A stretch of DNA of 64,000 bases, from NCBI GenBank assembly GCA_963693365.1, contig CAVNZM010000010.1, positions 2,046,001 to 2,110,000 on the forward strand, given 5' to 3'. Made by a program: the position numbers and the translations under genes. Shown here one piece after another: positions 1 to 24,351 of the stretch. The DNA comes from Amoebidium appalachense. Lineage: Eukaryota; Protista; Ichthyosporea. Positions within the stretch are counted from its first letter, which is position 1. Each line of letters begins with the position of its first letter. Below the pieces are notes generated by a model. The model did no database searches, was not told the origin of the DNA, and saw nothing but the letters and a program-made list of their open reading frames with translations.

Positions 1-323
1 ATAGTCTACATCGCGTAGACCATCTGATTACATCATCTCGATGTAGTCTTCCCCCACCGTGGCGGGGCCGAAATTTTGGGCGTTGGGGGGGGGGGGGGGG
101 GGGGGGGGGCACTAATTGCTATTGTTTGTAATTTGCTCTTTTGCACGCCCGACATGCCTCCTAATTTGACGTGGTACACACAGATACCTCATTCCCGTCC
201 CCTCCTCCATCCCTCTCTTCCCGCCTCTCCTTCTCGCCCTTCCTTCCATCCCTCTCGCCCTTCCTCCACTCTCCCTCCCCACACATGTGCACACACACGC
301 GCACACATCCACACACACACGCG

Positions 324-444
<121 letters not shown>

Positions 445-476
445 TTACAGCCCCTGCCTGCCGCTCTTTTACCCAG

Positions 477-11105
<10,629 letters not shown>

Positions 11106-11407
11106 AACCATATTTGGATGTTCCTTTTTTAACCTGTTTTTTTTTTTCTTCTCTTCCTTTTTGACTTTAATTTTCCGGGGTTTCATCACTGGGTTTTTCA
11201 TTTTTGCCTGTTGTGGCATGTGCTCTCTGTTTTTGTTTTTTTTCTTTCCCTCTCTTTTGCTAAGACTTCTGCTCTTTTTTTTTTTTTTTTTCCCCAGTTG
11301 CGGCTTGCACTTTGCAGATGTCGGTCTCGTCTTTGTTTGGTTCTTGTGCTAAATAATTTCATGCTTTTCCCTTGTTTATGTGCGTGTGCCTTATGTGTGT
11401 GTGGGCG

Positions 11408-11508
<101 letters not shown>

Positions 11509-11779
11509 AAGTGGGAAGGGGGCACGAATGACAAGTTGTTAATTAGTACTAGCTGCACGTAGCATATGTATGTCGGCACATAGACCTTATGTATTAGAGT
11601 AAGTTTCACAAGAACATTTAGAATTGTACATACGCAAGCCAGTAATGGCAAGGAGAGGTATCATATGTGATAGATTAGATGGGTTGAGTTTATGTCATGA
11701 TGAATGGATATGAATGTATACGGATATGTATCCGCTGTATCTATATATGAATACCCGTATGGATGTGTGTGGGTGTCTG

Positions 11780-11810
<31 letters not shown>

Positions 11811-11899
11811 GTGTTTGTGTGTGTTTGCGTGTGTGCATGTGCATGTGTATGTGTGTGTACGTGTGCGCGCGTGCGTGTGCGTGCGTGCGTGCGTGCGTG

Positions 11900-11975
<76 letters not shown>

Positions 11976-12277
11976 TGTTGATGTACTTCCCTGTGATCGT
12001 GTCCATACAACTCAGCTTGGTTGTTTGTATTAACACAATAAACATGCATAAGCATGAAGTGTGCTTGCCGTGTGCCTCCGAAAATGCCATTCTATCAATA
12101 AATCAGTAAGATAAATGTGTGATGGTCTATTTGCCCCGGGAAGGGGGGGGGGGGGGGGGGGGGGGGTAGTAGTATTGAAGATCAGTCATGGGAGCATTCA
12201 GAAGGCCTATGAATTTGGGATGAGGTAAGGCCATTGTGCTTGCACATGACACGGGTGTGTGTGTGTGTGTGTGTGTA

Positions 12278-12347
<70 letters not shown>

Positions 12348-12437
12348 CGTGGGTGTGTGTGTTCGGTTCAGAAGGAGAGGGGGGAGGGGGGGGGGGGGGG
12401 GGGGGGGAGGGGGGGGGGGGGAGGGAGGGGGGAGGGG

Positions 12438-12483
<46 letters not shown>

Positions 12484-12966
12484 TTGAATAATGATGGAAG
12501 GCACTCGAGACAATATCGATTCATCCGTGCCGCATGGATCCCCACGACTCTATTTATGGGCCGCTTTTTAGCATCAAATATTACAAAAATACTGGGAAGA
12601 CGGGGTTTCAAATTCCCGGTGTTTCATTGACACACACTACAGTATTAAGACACCACACGCTCTAGAGTAGCTATATTCTAACTTGGGAAAATCCTTTGCA
12701 CCGCCGAAAGTTTGCCCCGGCATAAGTGGTTGTCAGCCAATGAATTTGAATCGTTAAACGATTCAGAAATATTATATGCCCTGCCGGTTAGGATAATGAC
12801 TTTAGTTTTATAAACATCAAGTTGATATACATCACTAATCTTCAATAGTTGGTCTTTAAAGGCAAGAAAAAGGAAACATTTAAAGTTTGCCCGGCTAAGT
12901 CTGGCCTGGCTTGAAAATGTTGGCGAGATTGTGAGTTCTACGTAAGACACCATGGAGATGATACGA

Positions 12967-13008
<42 letters not shown>

Positions 13009-13245
13009 AAAAAAAAGGAAAAAAAGGGAAAAAAGAAAAAAGAAAAAATTTGAAAATAAAAGAAGAAGTAGAAATACAAAAGTTGAATAAAAAGGGCTTG
13101 AAACCAGGACCATGTAAACGGTGGTACTTCATTGGAAACACTTGTCTGAAAATGTGAAGCATATCAAAACCCTAATCACGTATTAAATAATATCACACCA
13201 CACGGGATTTCTTTTCCATATTTGGCACATACATATATCTTAAGA

Positions 13246-14859
13246 CTAGTATCTCAGAGCCTCACCCAACGGATTTCCCCTGTTCATCCTAATGCCCAGT
13301 TTCCTAATCTCGTCCAGCGAAATCATCACCGCGACAAACGGCATCGGCACAAACCAGCACCACCACGGAATCGCCGCGGTACCAAACACAAACTGAATCC
13401 CCGGGGTGTACGCGATTATCACCGCAACGACAATCACCTCGCACGCACCAATCAGAAGCGTCTTGTTTTTACGAAAGTTGTGCTTGAACAGCGAAAATTC
13501 GACCGTCGTGCACGTTAATAGGACCCCCACCCTCACCACAAGAACGGCGACAAAATACGCCGTAATCGCCATCCGGTGCAGTTGGTGCCTTTGCGCGAAT
13601 CTCCACTTGATCCCGTTAGAGTCGGTCATAGTAAGAACGTTGGGGTCGACGAAATTTCGCCCCGCCGCCTGCCAGAGAGAATAGAACCCCCACCCGCCGC
13701 CCGCCTGGACCCCCCCCCCTCCGCTCGCCATCACCGCGAAATAGTTGAGAAACCCTGCGATGGTTTGGATCATCCCAAGAAAAGGGTATGAGTAGAGCAG
13801 AGAGTATATGGTCACGAGTTTATCCTTCGGCGAATCTCCGCACGGTTTTCGTTTCATTACGCTATTTTCGGCCTTTTCGTACGCGAGAGAAATCGCCGGA
13901 AGAAGGTCCGTAGCGACGTCTATGGAAAGCATGAGAAGAGTGTTCAAGGGTTGGGGGAGGAGAAAGAAAAACGACATAACGTAAGGGACAATTTCGGGGA
14001 ATTTCGAACTCAGCGTGTAAGCGATGGACTTTTTCATGTTGTCGAATATCACGCGACCCTCGGCGATTCCATTCACAATCGACCCGAAATTATCGTCAAG
14101 AAGGATAATATCAGACGCGTCCTTGCTCACATCCGTTCCTGAAATACCCATCGCCACTCCTACGTTTGCCTGCTTCAACGCCGGCGAATCGTTAACCCCG
14201 TCTCCCGTCACCGCAACGATATGCCCCAAACGTTGAAACTTTTCAACTATTCTCAGTTTCTGTTGCGGGGACGTGCGCGCAAACACGATTTCGTCGTGCG
14301 CTAGAGCGCTGTCGAGTTCAGGGTCTGTCATTTCGCGCAGCTGGTCGCCGTGTATCACCACTGAACGTTTCTCCGCCATCCCCCGTTCTGTCAATAGGCC
14401 GATCTTCTTTGCGATGGCTTCGGCTGTGACTGGGTGGTCCCCAGTTACCATGGCGACCTTGATTCCGGCCTGTTTTTTTTTTTGTTTTGTTTTGTTTTGT
14501 TTTTTGTTTTTTGTTTTTTGTTTTTTTGTTTTTTTTGTGTGTGTGTGTGTGTGTGTTTTGGAAGGAGAAGGGGGGGGGGGGGGGGGGGGGGGGGAGGAAG
14601 GGGATGGGAGGGGGGGGGGGGGGGAGGGGATGGGAAGGGAGAGAGGGGGAGGAGGGAGAGGGGGGGGGGGGCGAAGGGGGGAGAGGGAGGGAGGAGTGAG
14701 GGAGAGGGGGGGAGGGGAGGAAGAGGGGGTGGGGGGTGGTTGGGGAGAGGGGAAGGGCTAGTTTAGAATGTGTTATGGAAAAGAGTACGCATTTTCAACC
14801 GACAAGACAATGCAGATTCAAGGGTATGCATAGAAGGGTCTAGATGATCCTTTGAAGAA

Positions 14860-14892
<33 letters not shown>

Positions 14893-15334
14893 GGGCTGGA
14901 ACAAGGTGTGAAACGGCCAATAGATATGGTAGGCTGAGGAGGGTAGGATGTGAAGGTGAGTGGCTCTTTTTTCAGGGAGGGAGGAGGGGTGGGGGGTTGG
15001 GGGGGTGGGGTGGGGGGGGGGGTTTCGAAGGGGGGGTTTTTTTTTTCCGGGGGGGGGGGGGGGGGGGGTATGAGTATTATAAACGGGACCCTGTGTGGGT
15101 GGCACCAGGGGTTTATGTGTATGTGTATTCCAGACGTGGGGGAGGGGCGGAGGGGGGGGGGGGGGGGGGGGGGAGGGGGGGGGGGGGGGGGGAGGGGAGT
15201 GGGGAGGGGAGGGGGAGGGGGAACTTCTTTAGAGACAGGTGAGTTTTTCGTGCATGATCCTAGCGAAATGTCAGTAGCAGACCAAACCTACGTTGTTGAA
15301 CTGTGTATTGTGTGTCTACATCGGGAGTAGTAGG

Positions 15335-15369
<35 letters not shown>

Positions 15370-15496
15370 TCCCTCCCCCCTCCCCTCCCCCATACACACA
15401 CACACACACATGCACGCCCTTCCTCTTCTCACACCTCTAGTACGTACGACTGTCGCACAACCAATGAAAGGGTGGGGGGGAGGGGCAGGGAGATTT

Positions 15497-15557
<61 letters not shown>

Positions 15558-15568
15558 GGGGCCCGGGG

Positions 15569-15606
<38 letters not shown>

Positions 15607-16819
15607 TCGGAAAGTTGTGAAATATTCGTGTGTTGGTGGGTGCCAAGTAGGGTTTGGTTTTGGTTTAAAAGAAAAGGGTGGAGGAGGGTGACGAGAGGGC
15701 GGGAGGGGGGAAGGGGGGGGGGGGGGGGGGGGGGGGGGGTTCCTAGAGAGACAGGCTGGCCTGGAGGAAAGAGAAGGGACAGATCTCTGCCAAAAAAAAC
15801 GAGGGGAGGGAGAGGGGAAAAAAAGGGGAGGGGGGGGGGGGGGGGAAGGGGAGGAGGGGAGGTGCACGTTACCTGGTGACACTGTCGAATAGCATCAGGG
15901 ACCGAGGGCCGGGGGGGATCTATCATCGACATGAGCCCCGCAAAGCACAACCCCTCAAGTGGAAAATTCGCAGGTTCAGCCTCGAAAACAAACCCCTTTG
16001 GGTACACGTCACGGGATAGGTAAGACATGCAAAAACCCAAAACACACTCTCCCATCCGCCCGAGTTGGTCGTACGCTTGGTCATATGCGGCGCGTTCGTT
16101 CGCACTCAAAGGAGACACTTTCCCATTTATGGTAATTGTGGAACAACGCGCTAGAATACGCTCGGGCGCTCCCTTCATAACGAGCACGTAATCCGCGGAG
16201 GGGTGGCTGCGGTCGGGAAGGGCGTGAATGGAAACCTGAAACTTGTTGGCCGAGTTGAATGGGATTTCGAGTATCTTGGGGTTGGCGGACCGGATTTCCA
16301 AAACCGTTTTTACGGATTCGCAGAATTTCAGAATTGCCGTTTCGGACGCGTCGCCGACGACCTCTCTTTCCAATATGGGGACGTTTTCCTGCCCTGCCTC
16401 GAATTCCGAGCGCGAGCACAGGGCCCCGACTTGGTACAGGATAGAAAACGAGCCGGAGGGGGTGTCCAGAACTTTGCTGCCTTCCTTGACTGAGGCTAGA
16501 AGCTCCTCTGCAGGTGTGATCTGGAAAAAAAATACGGGGTTTTGATTTTTTTTTTTTTCTTTTTTTTTGATCACGAATTTCAAAGCTGTTGCGCTTCAGT
16601 TTGTACACAGATGCATGAGGTGCCTGCTGTGTAAATGTGTGTCTAGCGGGCACAAAGGTGCAGAGAGAAAGGACATCTTCTTTTTTTTTTTTTTGTTGGG
16701 GGGGGGGGGGGGGGGGGGGGGGGAGCCGAATCTGCAAATATTCCCATGCGAGGACACACACACAAACCACACAGACATACGCAAGTGCGCGCGCGGGGGC
16801 GCGCGTGCACACACACACG

Positions 16820-16856
<37 letters not shown>

Positions 16857-16861
16857 ACACA

Positions 16862-16927
<66 letters not shown>

Positions 16928-17000
16928 CCAAACCCCCGCCCACCCACCCACCCACCCTCTCTCCTCCTGCCCCCTCCTCCACCCCACATCCCCCCTCCCT

Positions 17001-17064
<64 letters not shown>

Positions 17065-18580
17065 ACCTGCATGTCGAACCACAGGTTGCTAACCGTCATC
17101 CTATTCTGCGTTAGCGTTCCCGTCTTGTCGGACGCGATCACCGTCGTACGTCCCAGAGTCTCCACAACCGCCAACTGTTCAGTCACGAGCACGTTCTTCC
17201 TTGACATTCTCTTTGCCGCAAGCGCCAGCGCCACCGCCACAGAAGCGGGTAAACCCTCTGGCACAATAGCAACGACAATTGAGATGATAAGCACGAGAAG
17301 AGTGGTGATCTTATCCTTACGGACAAGCCCGTAGATGAGGAAAATAGTAGCGAGGAGGACGGCGAAAACGGTAACCCACTTAACGAACCTCTCTTGATTT
17401 CCTGGAGCATAAGGGGTTCCTCCGCCTGCCGGCTGCTAACCAACCCGGCGAGCTGGCCAATAACCGTTTCATCTCCAACCTGAACAACGATTCCTTTTCC
17501 CGTTCCGTCAACCGCCGAAGTGGAACAGAACGCCAAATTCGCCGTTTCGAGGGGGTTGTCGCTCGTGCACTTTGTGGTGCGTGCCTGTGGGTCGCTCTCC
17601 CCCGTCAGCGAAGAGTTATCCACTTTCAACTGAAACGACTCGACTATGAGAATATCAGCTGGGATTCTGTCTCCGCTCCCAACCTCTACCAAGTCACCCA
17701 CAACGAGTTCCTTTGCGTCAATAGTGAGTTTCTCTCCCGAACGGATAACGGTGCACGATTTTGGCGCCATGGCTGCGAAAGAAGCCATCGTGTCTGCACT
17801 TTTTACCGTTTGGACGTATGAAAACACACCCGTAATGAACACAATGAGAAACAGTGCCACACCGACGATGGCGTTTTGGTACGCCTCCTGAATTCCCTGA
17901 GAAGTCTCCACCCCGAAAGCAATGAAGCACATGACCCCCGCCGCCCAAAGGATTAAGGCGAACGGGTTGGTCATTTCGCGCAGGAAAATGATCCATTTGG
18001 GTGTTGCCTTGGGGGGAGTGAGGCAATTTGGACCATCATGCTCGAGTCTTTTTTTCGCTTCCTCGGGCGAAATCCCAGACTGTGCGCTTGTGGACAACCT
18101 CCCTTCAACCTCGGAAAGTGGGATTGTGTGCTCGTCCATCTGCACCTCTCGTGCGGTGAATTTGTCCAGTTTTTCCACCTTCACGACCTGCTTGTGCTTG
18201 CGTAGCGTTCCGACACGGGAGGAAGTCTCCTGAAACTGAACGGCAATTCCCATGTTTGAAGCACGCCTGTTTACACCGTTAAAGTAAGTTGCCTCGTTTG
18301 TAATGGTGTTGATAATGTCTGCGGGGGAACCCATGTCTACACTCTCTACGCTGGGTCTCCCTGCGTCTGGGTTCTGCTGGAAATAGGAAAAGGATGGGTG
18401 GTTGGGGAGAAGGTTGGAGCTGGTAGTGCTAAACCCGCTGTTTTTCCGTGAGTCTGACACGAGAGAGCCCCGAGAAATTGCGTTTGCCTCTGTCGTATTA
18501 TCGCCGGGCTGTGAGAGGGAGAAGCTGGGGGATTTGGATGCCCCTGCAGGCCCCGGTGGACTTTCCTTTTCGTCTGCCAT
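13246..18580 (-). CDS. P-type IIC ATPase alpha subunit (Na,K/H,K-ATPase-like), ~1127 aa; exons 18580-17067, 16520-15873, 14469-13246; 2-nt frameshift at ~17390 (pseudogene or assembly error)
   Basis: Motifs VDNSSLTGES, VPEGL, DKTGTLTQN, EIPFNS, KGAPE, DPPR, MVTGD, TGDGVNDSPALK, MKKSIAYTL and IDxxTDLLPAISLAYE are present. Both introns are phase-0 CAG|GT...CAG|. Exon 1 is 1514 nt (3n+2), and removing the duplicated AG restores EIKRFVKW. Confidence 0.93.
14762..14830 (-). repeat. Copy of the intronic sense-strand element in ATPase intron 2
   Basis: Reverse complement reads TATGCATACCCTTGAATCTGCATTGTCTTGTCGG...TAACACATTCTAAAC. Confidence 0.6.
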
Positions 18581-19466
18581 TTTCGTGGTGATAAAGCAAG
18601 AAGAAAAAGACGAAAGATGTGCAAGAGAAATAAAAGGATACAAGAGAAACAGAAGTTTTGTAGGAGTGATAATGGACGGGGTTGTATGTAAAGAGAAGCG
18701 AATGCCGAGTGACAGAGAAAGTCTCCAGCATCGCTCTTTTGTTTACGTTGCGGCGACGGCAGGGGTTGCCTGGGTTTGGCGCTCTCAATCGTATTTCGTC
18801 AAATTCCGAGCATTTTGACACACTTCAGGGTCGTATTCACTAATTGGATGCCCCTTTTTAATCTTATTGCGGGGTTTCCTAAATCGTATGTTGGGCCAGT
18901 ACGATTCGTAAGGAAAACCCTGGGCGACGGTTCATTACCAGGTGCTCTCCGAGCCAATGAAAACGGACACGAATGAAGGCGCAAACCTCGACTTTTCGTA
19001 CTACATGACTTACAACGAATCAAAAGATTTACTTTCTTTTTTTAAGCAAATTTAGCAGTCACGTGATTTAAAATCCCTGCATTCCTCAGAAATTGCACGA
19101 ATCAAAAACAAAAGTCGTCAAAGTCCGTTGTCGTGTAAGCGTACGTGGGCAAGCGAGGGCAAGCGAACAAGCGAACTTCGACGACTTCGAAGAAACAAAG
19201 GACTCAGAAAAATGAAGCACAAATGACCAACATAAACCCTTATTACACAAGCCTTGGCAAGTGTTGTAACGTTCGTCGTTCTGACGGCTCTGCAGACTGC
19301 AGATCTAGAACAGCCTTCGATCAGACACGAATTCATGGATATAACCCAAATATTTGTATGGGAGTGCACGCACGTATGGCGAAGAACATCAACAATGTCA
19401 CACACGCGCGCGCGCAGGTGCACGTGACACGGATGCATGCAAGTACGTGAGCACAAGCACGGGCCT

Positions 19467-19686
<220 letters not shown>

Positions 19687-19699
19687 GTACAAAACCACA

Positions 19700-19744
<45 letters not shown>

Positions 19745-20255
19745 ACGCACAAAAACACATTCACACACCAAAACAGCTAGCAAACAAAACATAATCAGGA
19801 ACACACGTACAATTTGAAACGTACACACATAAACATGCAGCCACAAATACACACACACACACACACACACACACAATGCACACACATGCACATACACACT
19901 CACATACACGTACACATGCATGTGTACACACACTCGCACACGTGCGCACGTGTACACACACATATATACACATACGTTACACACACACATACACAAGCGC
20001 GCGCGCACACGCACACACAAATTTGCACAACACCCAAAGAAAGAAAGAAAGAAAAGAGAAAGAAAAGAACCGAATGTTTATACCATATGGCACTTATTCC
20101 CGGCATTTTAGTAAGGGGTGTCCTTGCTACGAATTCATTTTCCGCACGCGCTTAGTCACTTGTTTTTTTTTTTGTTTTTTTTTTGTTTTTTTTTCGTGGG
20201 GGAGGGAGAGGGGGGAGGGGGGGGGGGGGAGGGGGGGGGGGGGGGGGGGGGGGGT

Positions 20256-20299
<44 letters not shown>

Positions 20300-21542
20300 C
20301 TGCTGTTTTACTTTTTACCGGAATTGCATGCTGTGATAAGGTGCCGGTACCAAAGCCAACATAGTTCAACCCAAAAAAAATACAAATCGCTGAAAAAAAT
20401 AACGACGTTACAGGAACATACATCAGTTGGAAATAAATTTTGAAGTTTCTTAGGTACAGCTACTGATTAGTAGTATGTAACTCATATCAAGATAGCGATA
20501 TTGATTTGTATACATTCGAGTCCCAAAATTTAATAGTGTGTCTATGGCTATCAACTCAGTTGAATCACTGCAAGCATGCATGTGTGCACTGCCATGGTTA
20601 GTGTTCGTGGATGTGTTTTCGTGTACCTGTTTGTTCGTGATGCTGTACGGTTTGGAGTGTGTTTGAATCGTTTGTGCGTGACTGCTGGTGCCAGCACGCT
20701 GTGTCTGTCTGTGCGTGCACGTGCACGCACCCGAGTGTGTGTGTGCGCGCGCGCACGCGTGTGCGTGTGCGTGTTGTACAGTGTGTGTGCTTCCAGCGAA
20801 CCATCTCCTTACCTCCCTTTCCCCATTGCCCCCCCCCCCCCCCCCCCCCCCCCTTCCCCTTCCCCCCCTGCCCGCCTGCCATGCGGATACCCAACACGCT
20901 GATCTGCCTGTTTGGTATCTGTGCCACAGTGTGCGCAAGGGCTTTGCAGATGCAAGGTAAAAACTGCTTTGAATTTCATGTTGCGATACTAGCATTTTTT
21001 TTATCACACGATTATCAAACACACACTCTTTGGCTTTATGTGACACTGTGGCTTACATCATCAACAGGTTGAGGTATGATCGATATCAATATCATAACAG
21101 GCAATCTAGTCCAAAACAATGTTTATAACATGTGCACAGCACACGTAATCATGTAAATATACAGTAACAATAAACACATGCAACTGGGATCTAGAAGTAT
21201 TGGCACACACTGTATCACGGCTTGGTTTCCATGCAATACACTACACACAAGGTAAATATCGTATTGAGCGGGAAGGTAATTCACAAAGGTTTTACTAAAT
21301 TTAGTTCATGAGGTACTACGATACATAGAAGGCAACCTGGGCGGAGGGGAGGGAGAGGGGAGGAGGAGGGGAGGGAGATAGAGAGACGGGCGGGTGAGGG
21401 GGAGAGAGAGGGGGGGGAGGGGGGGGGGAGCAAGACAACACGAGAGAGAGAGAGAGGCAGAGGGAGAAACGGGTTGTGAAGGGGGGGGGGGAGGGGGGCA
21501 TGGGGATATTTAGTTCACATTTCAAAGCCACAAACGCAACGT

Positions 21543-22491
21543 TCAGTTCTTGCCGGTGCTTGGAAGGTCAAACTTCCACTTGCACGATGACGTCAGCTGC
21601 ACCTCTGTGGATGCGTTGCAGGGCACCTGCTGCAAATTGCCATTTTTGGAAGGCGACATGCACATTCCGAGGCCGTTTGCGTAAATCCCGTTAGACTCCG
21701 TCCACTGGTTGGTCTTTCGGTCCTTGCACTTGCGCAAGGTCTGGCTGGCGCCGACACTTGTCGAGTCGCGCTCGGAGCCGATGCACATGTCGTCGGTCTT
21801 GTTGTACGAAATTTTGATAAACCCCCCCCTGTTCAGGTTTGCGTAGATGACGTTGGGCCCCGTGCAGTTGCCCATCACGAGAGACGGGGTGGTGGTGTTG
21901 CGGTCCTGAGAGAGCCAAAGTGGTGTGAGGGAATGGGTGGTCGGTTTGGGAAGTTCACGAGGACGGAGGGGGGTTGCGTACAGTTTGAGGGGGAGGAGGG
22001 AACGGGGGAAGGGGGGGGGGGGGGGAGAGGGGTAAAGGGGGGGGTGGGGGGAGGGGGGGGGGTACAAGGAAGCATGAAATCGACAGCAATGTGTTCAATT
22101 AATTGACCAGATCTTCAGTCTTAGGAAGTCCAAGAACTTGTACCTGCGGATCTATTGGGCACACAGCAAGGGATATGCACTATGTTTTTGGCTTGAATCT
22201 GTGGGTGTGTTGCACAGGGGTTGAACGTGGAGGAAAGGTGACGAGAGGTACCGGAGGGAAGGGGGGCGGGGAGAGAGAAGCAGGAGGTTAGGAGGATGGG
22301 GGTGGGTGGGGAAGTGCGTGGGAGTGGGGGGGGAGGGGGTGGAGGGGAGGGGAGGAAGGGGGAAAAGTGCCGGTAATCGGGGAGAGGGCGGACAGGGTAA
22401 GGGGGAGGGAGGGGGGTAAGCGGTAAGTGGGGGGAGTATGGGAGGTGCGGGAAGACGGGAGGAGAGGGTGGGAGGTGCACGGGGCGGGGGG

Positions 22492-22531
<40 letters not shown>

Positions 22532-23052
22532 TGATACCTCTGGGTTGACGGTCACACACTGCTTGGACTTCAGGTCCATCATCTTACAGTCGTCATTCTT
22601 CGAGGGGGGGCATGACGTCACGTTTACAGGCCGGAATGTTTGGCTGGAGGCGCCCGTGCACAGCTGCAGGGAAATGGCACCGTTTGCGCCCACCGTCCAG
22701 CAGTTGGTGGTGTTGGTGGCTTGGAATTGGGTCTGTGAGTGTATAGAAAAAGGGTAAGCATACTGAGAACATAAACGATATCATTATAGTGTTCCGTCTC
22801 GATTTATGCCCTTACCGCACCACACGGGACCGTTTTTTCCCCCCAAAACCCCCACTCCCACACAGACACAGCCCCCCCAACCCCACCCAACCTCCAACCC
22901 TCCACCCACCCACCCACACACCCCACACACACACACGTACTTGCACTCCTTTCTTGCTGCCTCTGCCTTCACTCCTCTCCCAGACAGTTGATTGTTTGCT
23001 CCCCCCTTCCCCCCCCCCCCCCCTCCGCCCCCCATGGCCACCTCCTCCCCCC

Positions 23053-23088
<36 letters not shown>

Positions 23089-23243
23089 ACTTCCCCAAGT
23101 TGAACACACACACCCGATCACCTACCCCCCCTCCCTACCCTCTCAGCGCTTCCACGCCTACCTACATCCAAAGTCACGATTCCCAGCCCCTTTCAACCCT
23201 TCCCCAGCCTCCCTCCCCCAAACACACACAACTTCCTCTCCCT

Positions 23244-23296
<53 letters not shown>

Positions 23297-24351
23297 CCCC
23301 CCTCCGCGGCCCAAAACATGAACACACAGCTCACCCCCACTCACCACTTCCACTACCACATCAACCTCTCCTCAGGCGCCTCCTCCCTGCAATTTACATC
23401 ACATAGGCACTTTGCATTCTATGGCGTAACATATATAGAATAGGATATTTTGATTGGATTGCACATTATATATAGCACCGGTGACTTTTTTTGGATTACA
23501 CGTACCAGATTGCCCACAGCCACAGCGGCCCAACTAACTGCCCCGTCCCTGTTCTGTTTTGCATCCGTGCTGCCTACTGTCGACCCGTTCGTAGCCTTTG
23601 GGTCGGATGACGCCAGGCGGATCTTTGGCGAGTTGCAGAGAGAAAAGGTGTTGTTTGCCCACCAAACCTGTGTTGGTATGGTGACATTTGATAAGCAAAC
23701 ACACATAAAATGCCATCTGTTTGTGACATCTTTGAGTCGCGAGGTGGTATGTGTGTGTGTGTGTGCGTGCGTGTGTATATGGGCGCGCGCGCGCGTGCGT
23801 GTGTGTGTATGTGTGTGACACACGTACATGTGTGCAGCCGCGCACAAAGCCGTCCGTCCGGGCTGGTGCTTCGGATGATTTGCCCAAGGAAGGACCCGGG
23901 AAAATGCATGTTACTAAAAACCAACCAACGCAGCGGCAATTAGGGGTTGACTTACGGTAACAACAGCGGGATTAGCCACATTTCCATGCCCCTGAACATT
24001 CGCCTTGATGTTGCAGTTATCCACTCCCAACACGCTGCCCTTTCCGTCACGAAACACAACACACTGGTTCGTTGCAGGGTGCACAAAGAAAACGCAAGAG
24101 CTCGGACACTTCTTGTCGTTGTTTGGCTTCTGCGTTTTGACGGGGGTTGCCGTTGGTTTTTCTGACGGTGTGGGGCTGGGTTTCTTGGTAACGGTAACTG
24201 TAACTACGGATACGGACATAGCCCGGGAGGCGGAGGCGGGCTTCGTGGGCGTCGGCTGGGCGCGTACGGTGGTGGTGGTTGTGGTTGTAGGCGCAGAGAG
24301 GGCGATCGTCCCAAGACCCAAAAGGGAGAACACAACGTGGAAAAGTGCCAT
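21543..24351 (-). CDS. Secreted protein with signal peptide, Thr/Pro-rich linker and ricin-B (beta-trefoil)-like Cys repeats, 371 aa; exons 24351-23956, 23667-23506, 22732-22538, 21905-21543
   Basis: Hydrophobic N-terminus MALFHVVFSLLGLGTIALSA. Ricin-B-like patterns include NCWTVG...SLQLCTGASSQTF, DMCIG...LRKCKDRKTNQW and GMCMSP...QQVPC...CKWKF. Exon lengths sum to 1116 nt with all introns phase 0, and there are many N-x-S/T sequons. Confidence 0.8.

Noticed and set aside
12678-13162. ORFs downstream of the ATPase
   Set aside because: They have no recognisable motif, run through homopolymers, and are probably 3' UTR or intergenic.
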